Source: Acidobacteriota bacterium | Lineage (GTDB): Bacteria; Acidobacteriota; Thermoanaerobaculia; Multivoradales; UBA5704 | DNA: 34,360 nucleotides | Assembly (NCBI GenBank): GCA_040005235.1 | Contig: JBDTZG010000057.1 | Span: forward strand, 1-34,360 | Direction: 5' to 3' | Shown here: piece after piece, positions 19,493-29,076 of the stretch | Numbering within the stretch: position 1 is the first letter of the stretch | Layout of the letters: the number at the start of each line of letters is the position of its first letter | Made by a program: the position numbers and the translations under genes | The notes under the pieces: model-generated | The model's input: the letters and a program-made list of their open reading frames with translations, nothing else | Told to the model about the DNA's origin: nothing | Databases searched by the model: none

Positions 19493-19782
19493 TCAGCACA
19501 TGATGCAAGCCCACGAGTAATAGCCGCCCTCTTTCCAGGCGCCGGGTGTGTACTCGGTGCAGGGCGTCGTCTCGTGCCAGACCACCAGCTGCGGGGTCTC
19601 CCCGGAATCGCAGACCACCTCTGGATGCGCGAAGGATTTGGCGGCGGCGGTCGCGGCAGCGCAGCTCAACCGTTTGCCGGCCACGTACGTCGCCGACGTG
19701 AAATTCACGCCGAAGAGGGGGCTGCCGAGACGAAAAGGACGAGGGTGGCGACGAAACCGGCCAGCAGCAGCTTGCGTCTCAT
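19493..19782 (-). pseudogene. Small secreted Cys-rich protein, frameshifted at the signal-peptide junction (pseudogene or sequence error)
   Basis: RBS AAGGAG precedes MRRKLLLAGFVATLVLFVSAAPSSA*. Adding one G at about 19707 continues it into VNFTSATY...YYSWACIMC*. Confidence 0.7.
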
Positions 19783-20003
19783 TTGAATCTCCTTTGGTAA
19801 TGAAAAGGTGACCTTCACTCCCAACGGTGCGCGCCGCGCGCGGGGTGTGACAAGCGTCTCTCCACCACTGGCCGAGCATCCGACGGAACCGGTCTCGCAG
19901 CTCTTTGTTCGCAGCCACAACCAACGGCTCCTTCCGAGATGTCGGACGGTGACCGGCCTCCACCAGTGAGCTCACGGCCAAAGAGACCTATAGAATGGGG
20001 GGC

Positions 20004-20336
20004 GTGGGACCGACTGACAAGCCATTGGTCTGGCTTCATGGCGAGCTGAAGACTCCTCCCGTGGCGTTCGGTTCCCGGTTGGAAGCAGGCTTTCTCCTGC
20101 GCAAACTGCAACAGGGGGACCGGCTGTCCTTGCCGCACTCGCGCCCAATGCCCGCGATTGGGCCAAGGTGCCATGAGCTACGTATCGACGAGGAAGATGC
20201 GACGTGGCGGGTCATCTATCGGATCGACCCGGATGCGATCGTGATCGTCGAGGTCTTGAAGAAGAAAACTCAGGCCACTCCCAAAGCGACGATTGAAGTT
20301 TGCCGGCGGCGTCTCAGCTCGTATGATCGAGCATAG
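20004..20336 (+). CDS. RelE/HigB-superfamily toxin (Gp49/DUF891-like)
   Basis: AGFLLRKLQQG..LSLPHSRPM..IG..CHELRI..WRVIYR..KKKTQATP. The start is GTG 20004 or ATG 19995. Confidence 0.88.
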   Translation: MGPTDKPLVWLHGELKTPPVAFGSRLEAGFLLRKLQQGDRLSLPHSRPMPAIGPRCHELRIDEEDATWRVIYRIDPDAIVIVEVLKKKTQATPKATIEVCRRRLSSYDRA

Positions 20337-20347
20337 GAGGCCCTAAG

Positions 20348-20680
20348 ATGGACCCGAACAAAAAAGCGCGCCTCGAAGCCCAGGGCTGGAAATTTGGCTC
20401 CGCCGAGGAGTTCCTTGGCATGACACCGGAGGAGTCTGCCTATGTGGAACTTCGCCTCAAGTTGAGCGAAGCCGTGCGCCAAGTCCGCGCGACGCGCCAC
20501 GTAACCCAACTCCAACTGGCACGACGGCTTCAATCCAGCCAAGATCGCGTGGCGAAGGCAGAATCCGCCGAAGAGCCTGTGTCGCTGGACCTCCTCATCC
20601 GCTCCCTCCTCGCCATGGGCATCACGAATCGAGATTTAGCCCGAGTGATCGCGGGGGGAGAGCTCGCCGCAGGCGCCTAG
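20348..20680 (+). CDS. Xre-family HTH antitoxin (HigA-like)
   Basis: RBS GGAGG; GWKFGSAEEFLG..EE, then HTH TQLQLARRLQSSQDRVAKAE; directly downstream of the toxin. Confidence 0.88.
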   Translation: MDPNKKARLEAQGWKFGSAEEFLGMTPEESAYVELRLKLSEAVRQVRATRHVTQLQLARRLQSSQDRVAKAESAEEPVSLDLLIRSLLAMGITNRDLARVIAGGELAAGA

Positions 20681-20725
20681 GCGCCCGGGCAGAGTTCATT
20701 TCCCCCGCCTCAGCAAGCCGGCGGT

Positions 20726-23700
20726 TCAACCAATCTCGGCCGCCGGCTCTCCCGATCCCCTCCCGAACAACCGCCCCACCCGCCGCCCCGCCCGCTGGAA
20801 CAGCTTCGCCTCGACCAGGTCGTCGAACAGGCTGTAGGCGACCGGGGTGCCGATCAGGGTGAGCAGCAGGGCGAGCGTCTGCCCGCCCATGATCACCGAG
20901 CCGATCGCCCGGTTGGTGCCCGCTCCCGTGCCGCTCGATGCGACGAGCGGCACCATGCCGGCGACGAAGGCGAGGGTGGTCATCAGGATCGGCCGCAGCC
21001 GGTCGCGGTTTGCCTCGCGGATCGCCTCGGCGCGGGGGAGCCCATGGGCGCGCAGCTGGATCGTGTGGTCGATCTGGAGGATCGAGTTCTTCTTGACGAT
21101 GCCGAACAGCACGAGGATTCCGAGCGCCGAGAAGATGTTGAGCGATTGGCCTAAGAAAATGAGCGAGAACAGGGCGAACGGCACGGTGAGCGGCAGGGCC
21201 AGCAGGATCGTCACCGGGTGCAGCCAGCTCTCGAACTGCGCGGCGAGGATCATGTACATGAAGACGATCGAGAGCAGGAAGGCGAGCGCGAAGTTCTTCG
21301 CCGCGCGGCCCTGTTCGCGCGAACGGCCGGTGAAGCCATACGAGTACGAAGCCGGCATGTCGAGCTTCTTCGCCGCGGCGGTCAGGCCGTCGATCACGGT
21401 CTGCGACGACGAGCCCGGGAGGGTGCCGGCGTAGATCAACACCTGGCGGCGGCGGGCGATCCGGTTGATCAACGACGGGCCGGTGCCGGGCGAGAGCGTC
21501 ACCACGTCGCCGAGCGGCACGGTGCCGATCTTGCTCGACGGAATCTCGGCGAGCGCAATGCCCGCCGCGTCCTTCCGGGCGCTCGCTTCGGCCCGGACGT
21601 GGACCTCGTACTGCTCCCCCGCTTCGGTGTAGCTGGTGACCTCCTGGCCTCCGACCAGAACGTTCATCGTCGAAGCGACGTCGTCCACCCGCACACCCAA
21701 ATCCGACGCCTTCGCCCGGTCGATCCGCGCGCCCAGCTCCGGCTTGCCGACGATCAGGTTCGAGTCCGCGTCCACCACGCCTGGCATCTTCTTGAGCTCG
21801 GCCAGCAGCTTCTGCGAGTAGCCGGAGAGCTTTTCAAGATCCGGGCCGCCGATCCAGAACTGGATTTCGGCGTTGTTGCCTCCTCCGAACGCCGAGATCG
21901 TCTCGACCGTCGTGCGCAGGCCGAGGCGCTTGTAGTTGGGGAGCACCTGCTCGCGCACCCTGGACATGACCGCGAATTGATCGGCTTTTCGCTGGTCCAC
22001 CGGCTTCAGGCGGACGTAGACCTGGCCGAGGTTCTTGGTCACCTGCGGGTCGTCGCCGATCGTCACCACGGTCGCCGCGACCTCGGGGAACTTGCGGACC
22101 TGGGCGGCGATCGACTCGACGATCGTCTTCGTGGTGGCCAAGCTCGAACCTTCGGGCGCGCGGACGTTCACCCCGAACTGCGATTCGTCGTCGCGGGGAA
22201 GGAAGTTCTTGTCCACCCGCTGGAATAGCGGAATGGTCGAAACGAACACCGCGAGCATCACCAGCACGACCACCCAGCGATGGGCGAGCGAATGGTCGAG
22301 CAACCACAGATACGCCTTCTCAATCCGCGCGTAGAAACCGCGCTCGCGGGTGCTCCCCTTCGCCTTTTCGCCGTTCGCCTTCTTCTCGTTGGCGCTGATC
22401 CAGCGCGAGCAGAGCATCGGCGTCAAGGTGAACGAGACGAGCAGCGACACCGCGATCGCGCAGGCCATGGTGATGCCGAACGAGTACATGAACCGGCCGA
22501 CGATGCCGCCCATGAACGCCACGGGCAGGAACACCGCGATCAGCGACAACGTGGTGGCGAGAACGGCGAGAGTGATTTCGCCGGTCCCCTTGGCCGCCGC
22601 CTCGCGCGGGCTCATCCCCTTTTCTTCGATGAAGCGGAAGACGTTTTCGAGCACGACCACCGCGTCGTCGATCACGATGCCCACGACCAGCGCGAGGGCG
22701 AGGAGCGTGATGACGTTCAGAGTGAAGCCGAACCAGGCCATCGCGGCGAAAGCGGCGACGAGAGAGGTGGGGATCGCGACCGCCGAGATCAACGTCAGGC
22801 GGAAGCGGCGGAGGAACAAAAGGACGATCAGCGCCGCGAACAGCGAGCCGAGCACCAAGTGCTCTTGCACCGCATCGACCGCCGCGGTGATGTAGTCCGA
22901 CTGGTCGCGCACGATGTCCATCTTCCAGCCGGCCGGGAGCTGCGAGCGGAGCTGCGCGAGACGGTCCTTCACCCCGGCGATCACCTCGACCGTGTTCAAA
23001 CCCGACTGCTTGCGGATCTGGAGCACGACCGCCGGTTTGCCGTCGACGCTCGCGAGCGTTTCCGGCTCGGCGGTCGAGTCTTCCACCCGGGCGACGTCGC
23101 TCACCTTGACCGGATAGCCCGCGCGGTTTGCGATCGGAATGTCGCCGAACGCCGCGGGCGAGGCGACGCGGCCGTAGGTGCGCAGCGTGAGATCGCGCAG
23201 CCCCTGCTCCACCTGGCCGCCGGGGATCTGCACGTTCTGGCCCTGAAGGCCGCGGACCACGTCGGCGACGGTCAGGTTCAAGGCGGCGAGCTTGCCCGGG
23301 TCGGCGACCACGTTCACCTGGCGCGGCCGGCCGCCGAGGATTCGGACCTGGCCGACGCCGGAGATCGATTCGAGCTGGCGTTTGAGCGTCTTGTCGGAGA
23401 ACTCGGTCAGCTCGCGGATCGGCACCGGACCGGCCAGAGCGATCGACAGGACCGGCGCCGCGTCCGGATCGATCTTCTGGATGATCGGCGGGTCGGCGCT
23501 CTGCGGCAGCTCGCCGAGCACGGTGTTCACCCGGTCGCGCACCTCTTGGGCGGCCACGTCGCCGTCCTTTTCGAGCACGAACGAGACGATCACCTGCGAG
23601 GTGCCTTCCGACGAGATCGAGATCAGCTGATCGATGCCGCTGATCGTGTTGACCGCCTCTTCGAGCTTGTCGGTGATCTCGGTCTCGATGTCCTCGGGAC

Positions 23701-23866
23701 CGGCGCCCACCAGGCGGGTGGTGATCGTCACGGTCGGAAAATCGACCTTCGGGAAACGGTCGACGCCGAGCTTGCCGTAGGCGAACAGGCCGACTACCAC
23801 CAGCGACAGGATCAGGACCGACGCGAAGACCGGCCGGCGGATGCACAGCTCGGCCAGGCGATTCAT
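20726..23866 (-). CDS. RND efflux permease (AcrB/MdtBC-like)
   Basis: 1046 aa; IRRPVFA, GIVIDDAVVVLEN, GIVKKNSIL, RLRPILMTT. Confidence 0.97.
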   Translation of the reverse strand: MNRLAELCIRRPVFASVLILSLVVVGLFAYGKLGVDRFPKVDFPTVTITTRLVGAGPEDIETEITDKLEEAVNTISGIDQLISISSEGTSQVIVSFVLEKDGDVAAQEVRDRVNTVLGELPQSADPPIIQKIDPDAAPVLSIALAGPVPIRELTEFSDKTLKRQLESISGVGQVRILGGRPRQVNVVADPGKLAALNLTVADVVRGLQGQNVQIPGGQVEQGLRDLTLRTYGRVASPAAFGDIPIANRAGYPVKVSDVARVEDSTAEPETLASVDGKPAVVLQIRKQSGLNTVEVIAGVKDRLAQLRSQLPAGWKMDIVRDQSDYITAAVDAVQEHLVLGSLFAALIVLLFLRRFRLTLISAVAIPTSLVAAFAAMAWFGFTLNVITLLALALVVGIVIDDAVVVLENVFRFIEEKGMSPREAAAKGTGEITLAVLATTLSLIAVFLPVAFMGGIVGRFMYSFGITMACAIAVSLLVSFTLTPMLCSRWISANEKKANGEKAKGSTRERGFYARIEKAYLWLLDHSLAHRWVVVLVMLAVFVSTIPLFQRVDKNFLPRDDESQFGVNVRAPEGSSLATTKTIVESIAAQVRKFPEVAATVVTIGDDPQVTKNLGQVYVRLKPVDQRKADQFAVMSRVREQVLPNYKRLGLRTTVETISAFGGGNNAEIQFWIGGPDLEKLSGYSQKLLAELKKMPGVVDADSNLIVGKPELGARIDRAKASDLGVRVDDVASTMNVLVGGQEVTSYTEAGEQYEVHVRAEASARKDAAGIALAEIPSSKIGTVPLGDVVTLSPGTGPSLINRIARRRQVLIYAGTLPGSSSQTVIDGLTAAAKKLDMPASYSYGFTGRSREQGRAAKNFALAFLLSIVFMYMILAAQFESWLHPVTILLALPLTVPFALFSLIFLGQSLNIFSALGILVLFGIVKKNSILQIDHTIQLRAHGLPRAEAIREANRDRLRPILMTTLAFVAGMVPLVASSGTGAGTNRAIGSVIMGGQTLALLLTLIGTPVAYSLFDDLVEAKLFQRAGRRVGRLFGRGSGEPAAEIG

Positions 23867-24879
23867 CGCGCGCCTCCCGGTGTGCTTCCAGATCCCAGAT
23901 CGAGCTTCACGCGGGCGAACAGACCGGGCTTCAACCGTCCGTCACGGTTGGGAAATTCGGTTTCGACCGCGACCGTGCGGGTGGCGGCTTCGACCACGCC
24001 GCCGATCACCTTCACCCGGCCGCGGAACGTCTCGCCCGGATAGGGATCGACACTCGCCGCGACCTCCTGGCCGAGCCGGACGCTCGAAAGGTAGCGCTCC
24101 GGCAGGCGGAAGCGGAGCTTGAGCGGCGAGGTCTGGACGATCACGAAAGCGACCGTCGCTTCGCCCATCCGCTCGCCCACGTCGGTCCGCTTTTCGGCCA
24201 CCACGCCGTCGATCGGCGAGCGGAGGACGGCGTCCTCCATCCGTTGCCGCGCGAGGTCGCGGGTTGCTTTCGCCGCGAGCACGGCGGCGTCGGCTCCTGA
24301 GGCGGTCGATTCGGAACGGTCGAACGCGGCCTGGGCGACGCTCCCTTTGGCGAGCAGGTCGCGCTTTCTTTCGAGGTCCCGCTTGGCGTCGCCCGCCGCC
24401 GCATTGGCCCGCGCCACCTCGGCGGTCGAGCGCTCGACCTCTAGCGACAGGTATTGGGTTTCGAGCGTCAGCAAGGGCTGGCCCTTCCGGACCCGCGCGC
24501 CTTCATCGACGTACATCTTGCCCACCCGGCCGGGCATGCGGACTGCCAGCTCCGACTGGACGGGCGAGACCAGCTCACCGGTCGCCTCGACGCTCGTCGC
24601 GCCGATCGCCGGATCGGAGGCCGTCGTGGAGGCTGCCGACGCGGTGCTTCCGGTCGCACCCGAGGCCGCGGCATCTGCGCCATCCGCGGCCGGCACGTCG
24701 GAGCCAGGAGCGATGCCGGCGATCTTTTCGACGTCCGCCGGAAGCGCCGGAGCGGGAGCAGAAGCGGTATCGGAGGCATTGGCTTCGGGTTTCGCCGCCG
24801 GCTTGGGCTTTCCGCCGCAGGCGAAGGCGGGAAGAAGGAGGACGGAGAGAGAAAGGATCGAGATCGGCAGGCGCTTCAT
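23863..24879 (-). CDS. RND periplasmic adaptor (membrane fusion lipoprotein)
   Basis: Lipobox AFA|C; G.V....V.EG..V.KGQPL, LRSPIDGVV, RLKPGLF; ATGA overlaps with both neighbours. Confidence 0.95.
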   Translation of the reverse strand: MKRLPISILSLSVLLLPAFACGGKPKPAAKPEANASDTASAPAPALPADVEKIAGIAPGSDVPAADGADAAASGATGSTASAASTTASDPAIGATSVEATGELVSPVQSELAVRMPGRVGKMYVDEGARVRKGQPLLTLETQYLSLEVERSTAEVARANAAAGDAKRDLERKRDLLAKGSVAQAAFDRSESTASGADAAVLAAKATRDLARQRMEDAVLRSPIDGVVAEKRTDVGERMGEATVAFVIVQTSPLKLRFRLPERYLSSVRLGQEVAASVDPYPGETFRGRVKVIGGVVEAATRTVAVETEFPNRDGRLKPGLFARVKLDLGSGSTPGGAR

Positions 24880-26267
24880 CGGACGTCCTCCATCGAAAGA
24901 TTCTTGGCCAGCAGGCCGGCCGCGGCCCAGACCTGCAACTCCGCGAGATCGCGGTCCAGCTCGCCCGTGGCGACTGCGCGTCGCGCCTCGGCGAGCGACG
25001 TTTCCGCCACCCGGGCGTCCAGCGCGGTCAGCTCTTGGGCGCGGTACAGCTCATCGGCCTGTTGGTATTCCGCCTCGGCGGCGGTCTTTTGTTCCTGGGC
25101 GAGCGCAAGCTCGGAATCCGCGGCGGCCAGATCGGCGATCGCCCGCCGGACCTCTTCGCGCACCGTGCGGCGCGCGGCTTCGAGATCCAGCTCGGCCTGA
25201 TGCAGGCGCTCGGTGGCCACGGCCACTCTCGCCTTCACTTCGCCCCCTTGGTAGACCGGCACGGTAAGCCGCAAGGCGAAAAACCCATACTGATCGAGCG
25301 GAAACGACGAACGCTGCTTCAACCAGGCGCCGTCGGCGGTCAGAACCGGCAACAGCGCGCCCTTCTGCTTGCGGATTTCCAGCCGTGCGAGCTCGACCGC
25401 CGTGGCGGCCCGCGCCACCTCCGGGCGCGAGGCCTCGACCTGCGCGAGCAGCTCCGCCTCGGTCGGCCGCTTCGGCAGGATGCGGCCCGGCTCGGTCGGC
25501 ACGAGCGGCACGTCGAGCGCCAGGTCTTCGCGCAGCCGGCTCTCGGCGAGCGCCCGCGTCTGGCGCGCCTGGGCGAGCTGGCGCTCGGCGCCTTTGATGT
25601 CGGTCTCGGCGCGCAAGAGGTCGACGCGCGTGGTCTCGCCCGCGTCGAAAAAAGTCTGGGCCTGTTCGCGCCGGGCGGAAGCGAGCCCGACACTCTGGTT
25701 TTCGACCGCGATCAGCTGATCGGCCCGCACGACGGCCAGGTAGTCGGCGGCGACGGCCAGCAACAGCCGGTCGCGCACCGACTCGGCGTTTGCATGGGCG
25801 GTGTCGATCCCCAGGCGCGCCTGTTCGAGCGCCCGGCGCTCGCGATTGCCGGCATAGATCGGCTGCGACAGGGTGAGGCGATAGCTCCAGTCGCGGCCGG
25901 GTAGGACGACCCGCTTGTCGGAGCCGGAGCCGAAGCTCGCCTCTTCGCTGTTGATTACGTAATTACCCTGCACGCCGACCTTCGGCAGCACGCTCGCGAG
26001 CAGCGCGCGCACCTGGCCTTTGACGGCGGTGGCTTCGATCTCGGCCGAGCCGAGGGAAGGGTTCGCCGCGAGCGCCTGGGAGAGCGCCTCTTGAAGCGTG
26101 ATCGGGCGCGGCGCGGCGGCGTCCAGCGCAGAAGCCGGAGAGATCGCCGGGGGCGCGGCCACGGGATCGTCCGCCGCGAGCGCGGGGCCACACAAGGCGA
26201 TCCCCAGCGCTAGGGCTAGCCCCAAGGCCCGGCGCGGGGCGAGTTTGAACAGAGCTCGACGGATCAT
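24876..26267 (-). CDS. TolC-family outer membrane efflux protein
   Basis: Signal peptide; ITLQEALSQALAANP, LSQPIYAG, LTVPVYQGG; two-repeat OEP pattern. Confidence 0.93.
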   Translation of the reverse strand: MIRRALFKLAPRRALGLALALGIALCGPALAADDPVAAPPAISPASALDAAAPRPITLQEALSQALAANPSLGSAEIEATAVKGQVRALLASVLPKVGVQGNYVINSEEASFGSGSDKRVVLPGRDWSYRLTLSQPIYAGNRERRALEQARLGIDTAHANAESVRDRLLLAVAADYLAVVRADQLIAVENQSVGLASARREQAQTFFDAGETTRVDLLRAETDIKGAERQLAQARQTRALAESRLREDLALDVPLVPTEPGRILPKRPTEAELLAQVEASRPEVARAATAVELARLEIRKQKGALLPVLTADGAWLKQRSSFPLDQYGFFALRLTVPVYQGGEVKARVAVATERLHQAELDLEAARRTVREEVRRAIADLAAADSELALAQEQKTAAEAEYQQADELYRAQELTALDARVAETSLAEARRAVATGELDRDLAELQVWAAAGLLAKNLSMEDVR

Positions 26268-26322
26268 TGCGACTCGCTTTCGAAAATGGGGATCAGGCCG
26301 AACGGGATGCGACCGGCAGATC

Positions 26323-26338
26323 TGTAACGTAGCTTACA
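26323..26338. promoter_or_regulatory. Inverted-repeat operator candidate between the efflux operon and yqgE
   Basis: TGTAA-cgtagc-TTACA, an AT-rich dyad 55 nt upstream of the TolC start. Confidence 0.55.
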
Positions 26339-26450
26339 TTACGACCGAGGGTCAAGAAGGTTGCAGCGCCGCAGCGATGTAGACGAACGAGGGGCGCCGA
26401 TATTGTGGGGCGCGGTGGCGGCTCGGGCAGAAGCGATAGAATGACGGCGA

Positions 26451-27080
26451 ATGCCTCCCGCACACTCCGCGCTCACGGCGCCCGTCTTTCTCCTGGCGAT
26501 GCCGCAGGTGCTCGATCCGTTCTTCCATAAGAGCGTCGTGCTGCTGGTGCAGCACGACGACGACGAGGGGAGCTTCGGCTTCATCGTCAATCGGCCGACC
26601 GGTATCCGGGTGACCGAGATCTTGAAGGGGATGGAGGTCGGCTGGAGCGGGCGCGACGATGCCCTCGCCTATTTCGGCGGGCCGGTGCAACCGCAGACCG
26701 GCACGGTGCTGTTCCAGCCTGAGCCGGCGGCCGAAGGGGAAGGCACGGACGAGGCGGCAGCTTCGGCCGATTCCGAATTCTCCGCGTCGGCGAGCGAGGT
26801 GGTGCCGGGGCTCTCGATCACCCAGCACGTAGGCGATCTCGCCCAACTCGCCGAGACCCCGCCCGAACGGTTTCGGCTGTTCCTCGGCTACGCGGGATGG
26901 GGGGCGGGGCAGCTGGTCGAGGAGATCCTGCGCAACGATTGGCTGACCGCGCCGGTTTCGAGCGACCTGGTGTTCTCCTCCGAGCCCGAGGAGGTTTGGG
27001 CCGCGGCCGTCCGTTCGGTCGGCGTCGATCCCGCCGTGCTTCCCTCCTGGACCCCCTCCTCCGGCGACCAGGCCAACTAG
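26451..27080 (+). CDS. yqgE: YqgE/AlgH family (DUF179)
   Basis: LLAMPQVLDPFF..SVVL, GFIVNRP, GGPV, LFLGYAGWGAGQL..E...N.W. Confidence 0.93.
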   Translation: MPPAHSALTAPVFLLAMPQVLDPFFHKSVVLLVQHDDDEGSFGFIVNRPTGIRVTEILKGMEVGWSGRDDALAYFGGPVQPQTGTVLFQPEPAAEGEGTDEAAASADSEFSASASEVVPGLSITQHVGDLAQLAETPPERFRLFLGYAGWGAGQLVEEILRNDWLTAPVSSDLVFSSEPEEVWAAAVRSVGVDPAVLPSWTPSSGDQAN

Positions 27081-27093
27081 GCGGCGGACGGCG

Positions 27094-27621
27094 ATGCGCA
27101 CCGAGAAACAGCATTCGGCGGGCGGCTTGGTGGTCGAGGCGGGGCAGATCCTGCTGATTTCCACCCGCAGCGGCCGGCGCTGGCAGCTGCCCAAGGGGCA
27201 CATCGAAATCGGCGAGACGCCGGAGCAGGCGGCGGTGCGCGAGATCCGCGAAGAGACCGGGGTCACCGGCCGGATCGTCGCGCCGCTGCCCGGCGTCGAA
27301 TATTGGTACGTCGAGCGGGGTCAGGCGCGCATCCACAAGACGGTCGATTACTTCCTGCTCGACTACATCCACGGCACCACGGAGGATTTCGACGCCAGCG
27401 AAGTTTCCGGCGCCTCTTGGTTCGCTTGGGACGAGGGGATCTCTCGCTTGAGCTTTGAGAACGAGCGGCAGGTGGTGACGGTGGCCCGCGAGTTGCGCGA
27501 AGGCGGCCGGGTCGATCCGGATCTCGGACGGGTGAGAATCGCCGCCGGCTCCGGGGGGACGTTTCGCACCGAGGACGGCAATCCAGTTTCCCCCCCACCG
27601 ACCCAGGAGAACGACGGATGA
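27094..27621 (+). CDS. NUDIX hydrolase
   Basis: SAGG, WQLPKG, and the Nudix box GHIEIGETPEQAAVREIREETG. Confidence 0.95.
   Translation: MRTEKQHSAGGLVVEAGQILLISTRSGRRWQLPKGHIEIGETPEQAAVREIREETGVTGRIVAPLPGVEYWYVERGQARIHKTVDYFLLDYIHGTTEDFDASEVSGASWFAWDEGISRLSFENERQVVTVARELREGGRVDPDLGRVRIAAGSGGTFRTEDGNPVSPPPTQENDG
27460..27604 (+). repeat. Direct repeat, copy A (3' end of the NUDIX gene)
   Basis: Matches 31947-32090 with 11 mismatches and one 1-nt gap by hand alignment. Confidence 0.9.
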
Positions 27622-27977
27622 AGACTCTCGTTCGCGCCGCGCTGCATGTCGCGGTCAACGCTCTAGCGCTCTACTTCGCCGGCCAGTGGATTCCCGGAAT
27701 CACCGTGCCCCACGACTGGCAGACGCTCGCGGTCGCGGGCCTCGTGCTCGGGCTGATCAACTTGATCGTCAAGCCGATCGTGAAGCTCCTGTCGCTGCCG
27801 TTCATCTTCCTCACCCTCGGCCTGTTCTACCTGGTGATCAATGGGCTGATGCTGATGCTCGCCTCCTACCTGCTCGACAGCGTTCAGGTGGCGGGCTGCC
27901 TGCCCGCAATCCTGGGCGGTCTCCTGGTCGCCGCCGCCAACTGGTTCATCGGCCTGTTCGGCAGCAGCAAAGACTGA
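27618..27977 (+). CDS. 4-TM membrane protein, YvlD / phage-holin-4 family
   Basis: LGLINLIVKPIVKLLSLPFIFLTLGLFYLVINGLML signature; RBS AGGAG. Confidence 0.9.
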   Translation: MKTLVRAALHVAVNALALYFAGQWIPGITVPHDWQTLAVAGLVLGLINLIVKPIVKLLSLPFIFLTLGLFYLVINGLMLMLASYLLDSVQVAGCLPAILGGLLVAAANWFIGLFGSSKD

Positions 27978-27986
27978 AGGCGCCGC

Positions 27987-28742
27987 GTGTCCGATCCCTC
28001 GCAGAAGACGCCGAAGAAGATCGCCGTCGTCACCGGAGCCTCGGCCGGATTCGGCGCGGCCACCGCCCGGGCTCTTTCCGCCGTCGGATATGAAGTCGTC
28101 CTCGGCGCCCGCCGCTTCGACCGGATCGAGCGCCTGGCGACCGAAATCGGCGGCCGGGCGCTCTACCTCGACGTCACCTCGACCGAGAGCGTCGAGGCAT
28201 TTGCGGCGGAGATTCCCGCGCTCCACCTGCTGGTCAACAACGCCGGCCTGTCGCTCGGGCTCGACCCCATCGAACGGGCGAACGAAGATCATTGGCGGAC
28301 GATGTTCGAGACCAACGTGATGGGTGTGATGCGCCTCACCCGCGCGCTGCTCCCGAAGCTCGAAGCCTCGGGCGATGGCCACATCGTCAACATCGGTTCG
28401 ATCGCTGGCTTTGAAACCTACGCCGGGGGCGCCGGCTATACGGCGTCCAAGCACGCCCTGCGGGCGCTTACCAAAACCCTCCGCCTGGAGCTGATCGGCC
28501 GACCGATCCGGGTGACCGACATCTCGCCCGGCCTCGCCGAAACCGAGTTCTCGGAAGTCCGCTTCGGCGGCGACAAAGAGAAAGCCAAGGCCCCCTACAA
28601 GGGAATGACGCCGCTCTCCGCCGAAGACATCGCCGACTGCGTCGTCTGGGCCACCACCCGGCCGGCCCACGTCAACATCGACGAGATCGTGATCCGGCCC
28701 CTCGATCAGGCGACGGCGACGCTGGTACATCGGCGAGCGTAG
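27987..28742 (+). CDS. Classical SDR, YdfG-like oxidoreductase
   Basis: VTGASAGFG, LVNNAG, NIGSIAG, YTASK, PGLAETEFS.VRF, P.HVNI. Confidence 0.93.
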   Translation: MSDPSQKTPKKIAVVTGASAGFGAATARALSAVGYEVVLGARRFDRIERLATEIGGRALYLDVTSTESVEAFAAEIPALHLLVNNAGLSLGLDPIERANEDHWRTMFETNVMGVMRLTRALLPKLEASGDGHIVNIGSIAGFETYAGGAGYTASKHALRALTKTLRLELIGRPIRVTDISPGLAETEFSEVRFGGDKEKAKAPYKGMTPLSAEDIADCVVWATTRPAHVNIDEIVIRPLDQATATLVHRRA

Positions 28743-29076
28743 GGTCCAGGCCCAGGTCTCAACGCCAGGGGACCTTGTCCGAACCCCTGCCGACCGCCGA
28801 ACTGCACCGGTTACTCGCCGGGCATCCGGGCTGGGCAATCATCGAAAACAGCACCCGGCTCGAATGGGGGACGCCGCTCGCCGAGCTGCGCATGGCGGCG
28901 ACCGGTCGCGATCTGCGCCCCCTGCAACGCTCGGCCGCCGAATTGGCGAACGGATCGTGCGGCGACATGAAACGGTCGTCACGTTTCAGAGGTCGAGCGC
29001 ACCATCAAATTTTGGGGCAAGCTCGATATGTACCTCCACACGAAGAATCTTTACAACGAACCGGGAGGTTCTCACC

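Noticed and set aside
19705-19707. TGA after the signal peptide as possible selenocysteine
   Set aside because: Read-through in the same frame hits another TGA after 12 codons, while the plausible mature domain is in a different frame.
22280-25904. Long plus-strand ORFs (587, 382 and 546 aa) opposite the efflux operon
   Set aside because: Antisense shadows with no recognisable motifs.
27618-27977. Holin-family gene as evidence of a prophage
   Set aside because: The YvlD-type family is commonly chromosomal, and no lysin, structural or integrase gene is nearby.
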